Made by a program: the position numbers and the translations under genes. From assembly GCF_964355755.1 (NCBI RefSeq), contig NC_092678.1:16473881-16537880 (forward strand): DNA of 64,000 nt, read 5' to 3'. The stretch is from Antedon mediterranea (Eukaryota > Animalia > Echinodermata). Positions 38,306-50,187 of this stretch are shown here, in pieces; the stretch's first letter is position 1; each line of letters opens with the position of its first letter. The notes beneath the pieces were generated by a model, which saw only the letters and a list, made by a program, of their open reading frames with translations, did no database searches and was not told where the DNA came from.

Positions 38306-41300
38306 TAAGAAATTGTCCAAAGAAATGTAAGTTATTTAAGAATAAAGTGCAATATATGGGACAAAACCATCCTGATTAATTCTTCAGGACACAAATGTAT
38401 CACACCATTAGGCGACAGGTGTGCAGCTATCCGAAATTTGCCAGTCCCACGAACCCATAAAGAAACTAAACGATTTATTGGTGCAGTAAATTATGTATCC
38501 CATTTTTTCCCTCAAATACAATCAATTTTACGTCCGTTACACACACTCGCAAGTAAACGCCGAAAATGTGTTTGGTCTACTGAACACCAGAAAGCATTTG
38601 ACGAAATTAAACAATTAATGGTTAAACCACCAACTCTTCAAATGCCTAGAAAAGAAGGTAGATTTACGCTATATAGCGACACTTCAAGAACCGCAACAGG
38701 TTCATATTTAACACAAACAGTAAACGGTAAAGAACACATAATAGGTTATTATTCCAAAATCTTACCACAAGCCTGTCAACGATATAGCGTCACAGAATTA
38801 GAGTTATTTGGACTTTACATTAACGTTTCAGCATTTCGACACTTACTAAATGGTTGTGAATTTGATGCATTCGTAGACCACTCAGCAATTGTACACATTT
38901 GGAATTCAAAAGATCAGCCATGTACACCCCGTTTACAGAAACTAATATTACGATTGTCCGGATACATTTTCCAAATTGGTTATAAGAAAGGAACTGAATT
39001 AGTCTTAGCAGATTTTCTCTCCCGAGCCCCTCGTGACGACAATTCCGAAATTGATCAAGTTGTACCCATTGCATTTAATATTACAGAGACCGAATCTCTT
39101 AACCCGATTACAAAACACATCTACTAGCAGACCAGTAAGGTCATACGCCAAGAAAATGGGAATAAATATACCTGACCTACATAAACCCAAACCAGTACAA
39201 ACGCCCGTCATTAATCAAAATCCAGTGACAACAAACACGCGACCTACACCTCAACCTAACGCTACACCACAGATAATCACGAGACAACAAACAAACGCAC
39301 ATCGATCACCACCAATCGTAACGCCACCCCCAATACGTAATGTAAACATCCGACAACCTCCAGAGGAACGACTAGTAGACAAAAATAAGCAAAGCAAAGA
39401 TACTACACATCGAAACGTACCAGTTGAATTGTATACATCGCCCAAACCACTAGTACCCAACATAACTGAATTTAAGTCAGCACACATCCCAAAACAACAA
39501 GATAGATTAATGGATGTTATTCAAAGAAAGATAATTAGAGATTATAACCTCCCAGTAGATGTTAAACAATTACGTGTTGAACAAGAAACTTCACCATTTT
39601 GTTAAGCCAGTTTACGATTATTTAGCTCATGATATTCTTCCAGCTGATAAGAAAGCAGCTCGTGCAGTTCAGAATAAGTCAGAGCAGTACATATTGTGCA
39701 ACGGTTTACTATTCCGTTTATTTTTCCAAGATAAAGGTGGAGAATTTGTATTGCAATTAGCTGTTTCTGAAAACTTAGCAGAGACTATTATTTCTCAGTA
39801 TCACGACCATTTGTTAAGGAAAATTATTAACACTATTATGTAACACCCTTAATATTGACAGGAAAATCATCAGCGTCCATAATCACGGTAGTTTACAAGT
39901 TGAACGTCATATCCGCACCGTATCGGACCTGTTAAAGGTCAACCTTAACCAATTCGGAACAGATTGGGTTAGATTTGTATCAACAACATGTTATGCTTAT
40001 AATTCTTTCTCATCCCCCACATCTAGGAAACCACTCTCCTTACGAATTAGTTTTTGGCCGCCAACCTCCAAGTTTGACCTCATTAGCATTTAACCCTATT
40101 TCAGGATTGTCTCATTCCTATGAAGAATACTTTGAACACCTCAAGAAGAAATTTCAAAAAATTTAACAGACAATGCTACAATTACAGCGAACACAACAAA
40201 ACGTCCAAAACTCAAAAATTTCCCAACGCTTAGAAAAAAGTCCAATTTACTCAGTAGGACAACTCGTATATTTATACAAGCCAACATCATCATCACTAAC
40301 GGCAAATTCAAAGAAAATCGCCGCAGAATGGGTCGGACCATTAGTAATTCATGAAGTACTAGACAGAACACACTACATCCTACGATTAAAGGAGAAATAC
40401 TTCGCGACGTATTCAATTATAACAGACTGAAACCCTGTTTTATGAGAACGCCTAAAGAACGCAAACGTTTTACACATCTACAAAAACTTAAACAATTGTT
40501 GAATGAACCCACTGATGATAATAACGAGAAAATCCAAAACACCATTAATGTAGTAAATGACGAAACCAATGTTGAATTTGTCGACGAACATGATAGGACA
40601 CCAGCCCAATTGCAATCAGATACCCTTAAACATCCAACTAAAGTAGAACCCCTTAACTTGCAACCTTACATTGACTGTGTAGAGAATAACATGGGATTAG
40701 CAGCCCCATTCCAAATGAAAGAAGAACAAATTAAGGAACAAACTAATTTAATTATGACAGCACCTAATGATTCAAATTTGACATTAAACCTAGGTAGATT
40801 TAAAGCAGGACATTTCCAAGTTTTAGTTTCATATTCTAAACCGACTTCAGCCAAACGCAACACCGATGAAACAAAACACGAATCTAATGATTGCAAATTT
40901 TGGTGGAATATCGACAGATATAACGATACAGATAAATTGATTAAAGAGATTATTAATGATAAACAGATAGCGATAAGTGGATCGCCAAAACGATTAATAA
41001 AACGTTTGTATAATGCAACAAGTTACTGATTTAATTTTTTTTGCAAGAATTTTTTTTTAAATTACGACATTTGCTATTTTTCAAAATGGACACCCATTAG
41101 ACAGTGTATACCACGATCAGAAAACACCCCTATTTGGGGCAAATCGTTGAACCTAAATTCGTTTTAATCGTCAATAACTAATTATCGAACTCAATTTAAT
41201 TAGTAAACAGGGTTACATCAGGTGGTTAAAATCAGTACCGAAAGTACGAACCAACTTTATATACCATCGAGTAAACATTCTAGAAATAACGCGCGATTTA

Positions 41301-41865
41301 CCGAATTTTGCCCTTACGTAAATTTATATATATATAATAGAATCCCTAAAGAAAACACTTAGCTTAATTTTGTGACTTTTCCATCGTTAAACCAGGAGAG
41401 ATTGACACTATTTAAGTACATATTTGACAGTGTCATCCATCATAGAAATACCTTATTATACCGTTAATCACTTCTACCTAAACACCCCTGGACCAACTTA
41501 GGACCAATCGTTACCCTCACAGATGACGTAGTGACATATGCAAATGAACCGAAGCCAATATACCTCAAGTTTCAGAAGAGCCCAGACACACCTTACAGCC
41601 ACCTCACGGAACACACACCTTACAGCCACCTCACGGAACACACACCTTACAGCCACCTCACGGAGCACACACCTCACAGCCACTTCTCCAGAAGCAGACC
41701 TACACACTTCACACCTCACCGACAGCATCACTGATCCTCCGTTCCTTATCTATACTTATAGTTGTATATTATACTGAAGTATTATGCAGAATAAACAATA
41801 TACGTGTTACAACAGTTAAGCGAGTAAGAGTCTTCATTAGTACCTCAACAAAACACTATATTACA
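38306..41865 (+). mobile_element. 5'-truncated, decayed Gypsy/Ty3 LTR retrotransposon (RT end, RNase H, integrase remnants, putative 3' LTR ~41370-41865)
   Basis: Reads CPKKCKLFKNKVQYMG, P-P-THKETKRFIGAVNY, FTLYSDTS...IIGYYSK...YSVTELE...DHSA...LADFLSR, then IISQYHDH, HSPYELVFGR and GQLVYL...WVGPL. Frameshifts and deletions are present. The LTR-like end has AATAAA and terminates ...ATTACA. Confidence 0.9.
41586..41690. repeat. 27-bp tandem repeat (~3.5 copies) inside the putative LTR
   Basis: cacaccttacagccacctcacggaaca is repeated, which explains the periodic short ORFs at 41498-41777. Confidence 0.9.
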
Positions 41866-43129
41866 GTACCGCAGGACTATAAATACATTGTCGTTTTCAG
41901 AAACAAATAAATAGACACGATGATTAATGTAGTCAACTAAAATTAGCACACTGGGAATTAGGCCTACTTCCGAAGGAGAAACTTGTCTTAAAATGAGTCC
42001 AAAAAACTAAAACTGTCCCTGTTATAGTCGATTGAAATAATAAAGTACATGTAACGATACATCACTACGACGTTTATATTTTTTTATTACTAATTAATAC
42101 AATAAACAGTAATCACGTTCACAGTAAGAAAATTTCGATTCAAAGGGCGACCAAAAATGGTTATTACGTACAGTATTTACAATATTGTTAAAGTATTGCA
42201 ATGCTATATCTCAGTTTTAAGTTTATTCTCAAAGGACCCATAAATTTACCTACTTCTGTTAAACCATGGAGAGCTCATAAATTTACCTACAAACTGGGAG
42301 AGATTGGAATGTTCCATTCATCGCAAATCAATACATTTGAATAAACGTATATTAAATCTATCAAAATAGTATTTTTTTAAGAAAATTGGCCTGTTTTCAA
42401 CATTATGATACGTACTCGAGCTGTTCAACCGGTTTTCAGCCATTAAAAACAATTATCGTAGGAGGAGATAGGAAAATGCGAAGCATCCTCGTATTATTGT
42501 GTGCATGTATTTTTTAAGAGGACATCCATTAGACAGTCGGAAAACACACCTATTTGGGGCAAATCGTTGAACCTAAATTCGTTTTAATTGTCAATAACTA
42601 ATTATCTAACTCAATTTAATTAGTAAACAGGGTTACATCTGGTGGTTTAAATCAGTACCGAGATTCTAACCAACTTTATATACCATCGAGTAAACACTCA
42701 AGAAATAAAGCGCGATTTACCGAATTTTGCCCTTACGTAAATTTATATATATAAATATATATATAATTCATATTATGTTTAAGTAGCGCCACCAGTGGTT
42801 CGGGAATTTTGATCTTTCAAAACAAGCTAATTTTTTGTATGTATGAAACGTCATGCGTGACAAAAAAATATTTTATTATTATTAGGCCGAATCTCAATTA
42901 ATGTTATATTACGGTAAGCCAAGACATTCAAACTATTTAAGAACATTCAATAATTGTTTACTCGCGGTTTTCTTGAAAACTTAATGAATTTTGACTGGGT
43001 CCGTAATTTAATTAATTGCAAAAAAAGAATTAAAAACTTTCTAAACAATGACAGAAAAATGTTACAATTAACTTCTGGAATGTTCTGTACGCTACTAATA
43101 TATCTACCAATTTTGATTGTAGAATTGGC

Positions 43130-43510
43130 CTACCCATTTTGGTTGTACTTGAGCACAGTGATAATAAATAGGATTTAGATTAGCACTGTGCCCTAGTATT
43201 GGCCTAACCATTTTGGTTGTATTTGAGCATAGTGATAATAAATAGGATTTAGTTTAGTACTTACGCAACTAAACCCATTCTGGTTGTAATTGAGCACAAT
43301 GACAATAAATATGGTTTAGTTTTCGCACTGATGTGCGCTACTGTACCCATTTTGGTTGTACTTGGGCACAGTGATAATAAATAGGATTTGGTTTAGCACT
43401 GTGCGCTATACCCATTTTGGCTGTATTATACTAGCGCACATTGATAATGAATAGGTTACGATTACATTAAATCAGCAATATGTTAACACTGTGAGCTACT
43501 ATACCTATTT
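43130..43510. repeat. Degenerate ~70-bp tandem repeat, ~5 copies
   Basis: Recurring acccattttggttgtacttgagcacagtgataataaataggattt. Confidence 0.8.
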
Positions 43511-45086
43511 AAGGTAGCTTGGTAGAGATATAAACGGTTTTCGGAATGGAACTAAAAAAACAGCTTAAATGGTGGTTGATATTGAAACTTAAATTTTGGT
43601 AGTCAAAAGAATAATTTTAACGATCTTATGTTTTACCGAGCATGAACATAAGCACAACGAAACTGTACTTTTATTTAATAACACACACAGGTGAACTTTA
43701 TAGTATTTTATTACCTTAAACAAAGACATAATCAATAACTTAATAAACCTACCATATACTGGAAAAAGTTTAGAGCTAATTTATTAAAGATGTATTATCC
43801 CCAGAAAAAATAATTCTTAAAAAATTGTTTTCTAAATATTCCATTTTAATAGTTATTTACTTTGACCAAAAATTGGAGCGAAAAAAGATCATTTACTTGA
43901 AAACAAAATGTAATTTAAAGCCAAAAAATGGTCAAATTGGCTGTTAGCTAATTTTGTGGTTGAATGTACCTATTTATTTTGTCATTCTAATAGTAAAAAC
44001 ATTATTTTTTGTTCTGTTTTCTACGAAAATGATCAACTTTATTGAAATTACAAAATAACCTGATTTAATTAATCTTCATTTTCATGTTTTTTTTGGGAGA
44101 CAACAAATCGTTAAGCAGTCCGCTTTAAACACATTTTAAAAGACCAACACAATATCATACTGTGTAAGCAATTTGAAAATAATTAGCTACGTTAACCAAA
44201 TTCAATACCAGACTGAATTTAAGGAGTCACGTGACGACGGCCAACTGCTGGTTAATTATACTTTTAGCATTTTACTAAAAAAGTTAAGAGAATGAAAAAA
44301 AAAAACCAGAAATAAACATATAGATCTAGACGTCCCAATATCTAGTACCAGCAATATCACTGGATTTGTGTATTTGTCTCGAAACGCCAGTTCCTGCACG
44401 GAAATTACCTTATTTAAAGATATAATTATAGTCCCCTAAAAATGTTTTTTTAATATTTTTTGTTGAATATGCCATTTTAATGTCACATAATAGTTAACCA
44501 AACAGGATCGAAAAAGGTATATATATATCCCGCCTCGTGAATAAAAATACTGTAAGATGAGGGCGTATCAATTTGATCTCTGGTGCGCGTGCGTACAACT
44601 GAGGACTAGTGCTGTTCCGCCGTACCACGCCGAGAATGTTAAAGAGTCGCTATCCAATCGAGTTCGAACAATACCATGAAAACCCCAGAGGTCTAATGGT
44701 TAGGACATCTGCATATCAAGCAGGCGTTCCGAGCGAGTCTTGGTTGGGGCGACTTTTTCTCATTCTCACAGATTTCCTCATCTTTATCGTTTCAAATTAA
44801 TTAATTAAATTTCAGTATATCACCGGGCGGTTTAGAATTAATGTTCTTTGCCTGATTTGTTTATATATATATATAAAAGTATCTCTTCGGAGATCCCGCC
44901 TCCTGAATAAAAATACTGTAAGATTAGGGCGTATCAATTTGATCTCTAGTGCGCGTGCGTACAACTGAGGACTAGTGCTGTTCCGCCGTACCACGCCGAG
45001 AATGTTAAAGAGTCGCTATCCAATTGAGTTCGAACAATACCATAAAAGCCCCAGTGGTCTAATGGCTAGGACATCTGCATATCAAG

Positions 45087-47045
45087 CAGGGGTGGCGCCA
45101 GGATCTTTCCGACGCGGGGGCTACATTTCCCGACGAGGGAGCTATGCGAGCGAAGCGAGCATCACTAGGCTGGGGGACAGGGGGCCGGCAAGGGTCCCCG
45201 GTGGGGGTCCAGGGGGCGAAGCCCCCGGAAGCAACGCGTTCTAGCGTCATTTGAGGTCATTTTAATCAGATTTAGGGTAGCCATTTTTTCCCTTTTTTAA
45301 TATAATGCATAAATAAAATACTGCGTGCAAAAAAACGATGCGCGATGACTGTTTCAATCCATATTTTTCAATTTAAAAAATAAAAGTTCAAAGAAAATTT
45401 AGAAAAATAGAGTTGGAGGTCCCGGAAATTGGACTTATTATACTTCAAAACATGAAACAAAATATATAAGTCCCTATCATGGTTGTGACTGAGCTAAGAA
45501 ATGTTTGAAAAATAGAGATGTTAGGTCCCGGAAAATGCACTTCTTGTACTTCGAAATATGACCAGCTTTATTGTTGGGGCTGAGCTAAGAAACTGTTTAA
45601 AACTAGAGCTGCAGGTCTTCAAAAAATTGCATTTTATACTTTAAAAACATCAGGCCTAGAGGCTTAAAAAACGCAAGCGTAGACCTTTTTCAGTCGGGGA
45701 AATAAGTTTATTCCTCCCAAGTGTATTCGTGCGTACCATCTGGACTTCCGAGTGGTGAGAAATTCATGACATACAGGACATTGAAAATGTAATAACTTAG
45801 CTATAATAAGATGTTGGCTAAGCGAAAATGGCATGTTTTTTTGTTTAGTAATGGATGAAAAATTTATTTTAGGTGCCCCACGGTACAGAGAAAGTTACTT
45901 GTAAATTAAAAAATTGGTGAACATACGAACAATTAACATAATTCGTTTTTGCTGCTGTAGTGTAGCGTACGTCGACGCAGTACACGACGTAACCGTCAGT
46001 AAACTTCGCCTGGAAAATAACTACAGTACACATTTTGGTCCCTGGATGGAACATGATATTACGCGTCTCGACCCAACGTTGAACGATTCGTACAAAGGGA
46101 TACCGACAGACAAGTGCGTACCTAGCTATTGTTTAGTAGTAAGTTAGATCGCTGGCAATAATGAATGCATATAAAGTGCATAATATCACTCTGACGTACT
46201 CTCACGGTCAATGAAACGTCGCGGTTTTCTAGGCGCTGAAGCTAGCTACGAAGTGAACGCGAATGCTTTTTACTGTATATTATATTCCCCGACAAAAAGT
46301 ACCCGTGTTCCCTTCGGTAACCTCCGGTAAACTTCGCCTGGAAAATAACTACATTACACATTTTGGTCCCTGGATGGAACTTGATATCACGCGTGTCGAC
46401 CCAACGTTGAACGATTCGTACAAAGGGATACCGCCAGACAAGTGCGTACCTAGCTATTGTTTAGTAGTAAGTTAGATCGCTGGCAATAAATGAATGCATA
46501 TAAATTGCATAATAGCACTCTGACGTACTCTCACGGTCAATGAAACGTCGCGGTTTTCTAGGCGCTGAAGCTAGCTACGAAGTGAACGCGAACGCTTTTT
46601 ACTGTATATTATATTCTCCGACAAAAAGTACCCGTGTTCCCTTCGGTAACCGCCGGTAAACTTCACCTGGAAAATAACTACATTACACATTTTGGTCCCT
46701 GGATGGAACTTGATATCACGCGTGTCGACCCAACGTTGAATGATTCGTACAAAGGGATACCGCCAAACAAGTGCGTACTAGCTATTGTTTAGTAGTTAGA
46801 TCTCTGGCAATAATGAATGCATAAAAGTGCATAATAGCCCTCTGACGTACTCTCACGGTCAATGGAACGTCGTGGTTTTGTAGGCGCTAAAGCTATATGG
46901 ATATGAAGTGAACGCGAACATTTTTTACTGTATATTATATTCCCCGACAAAAAGTACCCGTGTTCCCCGACGGGGGGGGGGGGGGGCTAGGCTCCCCGAC
47001 GAGGGGGATAGAGCCCCCGTAGCCCCCCCGCTGGCGCCACCACTG
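45087..47045. mobile_element. Non-autonomous hAT-like element (1959 bp), TIR CAGGGGTGGCGCCAG / CTGGCGCCACCACTG, 8-bp TSD ATATCAAG, with three internal ~330-bp tandem repeats
   Basis: TSD at 45079-45086 and 47046-47053. CAG...CTG termini with an 8-bp TSD are typical of hAT. Internal repeats span ~45990-46970. No transposase ORF. Confidence 0.88.
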
Positions 47046-47378
47046 ATATCAAGCAGGCGGTCCGAGTTCGAGTCTCGGTTGGGGCGACTTTTTCTCATTC
47101 TCACAGATTTCCTCATCTTTATCGTTTCAAATTAAATAATTAAATTTCAGTATATCACCGGGCGGTTTAGAATTAATGTTCTTTGCCTGATTTGTTTATA
47201 TATATAAAAGTATCTCTTCGGAGATCCCGCCTCCTGAATAAAAATACTGTAAGATGAGGGTGTATCAATTTGATCTCTGGTGCGCGTGCGTACAACTGAG
47301 GACTAGTGCTTTTCCGCCGTACCACGCCGAGAATGTTAAAGAGTCGCTATCCAATCGAGTTCGAACAATACCATGAAA

Positions 47379-47450
47379 GCCCCAGTGGTCTAATGGTTAG
47401 GACATCTGCATATCAAGCAGGCGGTCCGAGTTCGAGTCTCGGTTGGGGCG
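47379..47450 (+). tRNA. tRNA-like gene/pseudogene with anticodon ATC (Asp-like), best-preserved copy of the repeated unit
   Basis: Acceptor GCCCCAG/TTGGGGC + G73, D-arm GTCT/GGAC, anticodon stem TCTGC/GCAGG with loop ATATCAA, T-arm CCGAG-TTCGAGT-CTCGG. A box TGGTCTAATGG, B box GTTCGAGTC, and a T-run terminator 3 nt downstream. Confidence 0.6.
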
Positions 47451-48062
47451 ACTTTTTCTCATTCTCACAGATTTCCTCATCTTTATCGTTTCTAATTAAT
47501 TAATTAAATTTCAGTATATCACCGGGCGGTTTAGAATTAATGTTCTTTGCCTGATTTGTTTATAATAATATATAAAAGTATCTCTTCGGAGATCCCGCCT
47601 CCTGAATAAAAATACTGTAAGATTAGGGCGTATCAATTTGATCTCTGGTGCGCGTGCGTACAACTGAGGACTAGTGCTGTTCCGCCGTACCACGCCGAGA
47701 ATGTTAAAGAGTCGCTATCCAATTGAGTTCGAACAATACCATGAAAGCCCCAGTGGTCTAATGGCTAGGACATCTGCATATCAATCAGGCGGTCCGAGTT
47801 CGAGTCTCGGTTGGGGCGACTTTTTCTCATTCTCACAGATTTCCTCATCTTTATCGTTTCAAATTAATTAATTAAATTTCAGTATATCACCGGGCGGTTT
47901 AGAATTAATGTTCTTTGCCTGATTTGTTTATATATATATATATATATAGGCAACTTTTTCTCATTCTCACAGATACCTCATCTTTATCGTTTCAAATTAA
48001 TTAATTAATTAAATTTCAGTATATCACCGGGCGGTTTAGAATTAATGTTCTTTGCCTCTTGT

Positions 48063-48110
<48 letters not shown>

Positions 48111-48160
48111 CCAAAGGCAAATTACTGAGAAAAATGACAATGCTGTGGGTATCAGTGGCT

Positions 48161-48208
<48 letters not shown>

Positions 48209-50187
48209 CTGAATGTTATTAAAAATTAACATTTTGTTGATTTGTAACTTTATTAAAACTGTAAAATGGCCAATCCAAGGATTGTATTAATTAATTTAAT
48301 AATTTTACTTTTTTTTTCATGTTTTTTTGGGGACAATACATCTTTAACAATATCCTTTTTGGACAGATTATCCCATAAGGCTATAAGATGTTCTTTTCAA
48401 CCAGTTCTTTTTCTTACTTTTGCTTTCGCTTCATTCCATGATATCCAGCTTAATCTCTTTCTTTCTCCACCGTGCGTCTCCAGATTGCTTTGTGTCGACT
48501 CGAAAACTTACTCGAGAAATACAATTTTCGATCCCCAGATCAATGGTCTGAGTTGGTATTTCGAATCCACGAGTCGTCATTGGTCAAATTATTTGCATTA
48601 CACTTATATACAAACAGAACTGCATATTAATTGCCAGGAAAATCGATATATCGGTGACGTCATAAAAGCTTATTATAGTCATAAGCTCTATCAACACTAT
48701 CAAACTAGTTTGACAACAAATTGTGATGTGCCTAAATTATTATAGTAGTGATATGCTCAATCAGTGACATGAGATTATCATGTCCATATTTGGGCACATC
48801 ACCTTTTTTTTGTCACATCAAGTTTGATAGTGTAGGGCGGATATATTAAATAACACGCCCTCTGTCGCTCTCTCTGCATGTTGTCAAGCAATACTTTTTA
48901 TAACGTTATAATAAACATGTACAGTTTTATAGCCATGTCAGGTTTTTGTTAAAGAACAAAATATTTACGCGCATGTATGTGTATTATAATAATATGCACA
49001 TATATTATGAAAATACGACTACAATGACTGTTTTTCGACAACTTTATTTGAACGTTAAATTACGTTTACATTGTAGTTAAGATACCGTTGAAATAAACAA
49101 TTTCAGTTACCTAGATACAGTGCGTAATCAATAATCATCTCCTTCAATTCACTGCACCAATAACAACAATTGCAAGAATAAAATATTCTTCTTCTCTCAA
49201 ATTCTTACCGAACATTATGAAACATAACGTGAGGAAATTAAGCCATTTGCATGTTATATTGTTTAAACAATGATATCAGTTCCAGACTGAGCACATATCG
49301 GACGTATGCCTATCATGATAAAGAAGAATAAATTTAACATCATTGACGTTGAAAAGCGCTCTTCGCAAAAAATTGATCGTCTTGCACCTGACCCCTGACC
49401 AACGTACGCGGTAACTATCAATGGTGTACTTCAAGTGATACAGATACATATTACAGTTTGATACGCGCATGCGCAATAAGTGACTTTAACTATGTACGAA
49501 TGTGTAGATTATCTTGGTTTTTAGAATAAAAGTGCTTTGGTCTGCTACACTGATAACCATATTTCATTCGAATGATATACAATATTAAGCAAATTAAAAT
49601 TAGTAAAAACTATTATGCAATTACAATTATAAATACATTTTTAGGATTTAACCATACGAATTATTAAATGTCATTATACGTAAGATAAATAACAATAGCT
49701 GTACTGTAATTATCACAATAATAATAAATATTAAGTATGTACAAAATCTAGCTACAAATATAAATATTCTTAATTGATATAATTCCTATTATTTTTACGC
49801 AGCGCCACCAGTGGCCCGGGCATTTTATAACAAGTTTTTATATATGTATGAAACGTCATGCGTGACAAAAAACATTATTTTATTATTATCAGGCCGAATC
49901 GCCATTAATAGTACTACACATTCAAAATATTTAAAAACAATAAAAAATGATTCACTCATGTGAAAATAAAATTGAATTTTTAATAATTTATAGCAATACT
50001 TTCTGATACGCAATGCAAACACATTACAATTAAACAATTAAGTATGAATTGAAAATATTTTCTATGTAAATTTCAAAGTTACATTTTCGATTAGATTTAA
50101 AAACCACAATAGGACGGAAATCTATAATTGCATAATATTTTCGAAAGTTGAATATGACTTAGAATCGGGCCGCTGAAATGTCATGAT

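Larger units (their letters stand above)
44520..48207 (+). repeat. Tandem array of four ~366-bp tRNA-bearing units plus partial units, (TA)n tracts and a Penelope pLTR end
   Basis: tRNA-like heads at 44682, 45048 (split), 47379 and 47747. The homologous empty site gatcgaaaaagatatacatatttttctgaa is at ~37022-37051. Confidence 0.85.

Noticed and set aside
45914-46475. Repeated ORFs 'KLRLENNY-THFGPWME-DITR-DPTLNDSYKG' in the hAT-like element
   Set aside because: They arise from the ~330-bp internal tandem repeat. The third copy has indels and no transposase motif is recognisable.
47295-47310. CTGAGGA in the tRNA-bearing unit as a hammerhead core
   Set aside because: No stem II followed by GAAA at a suitable distance.
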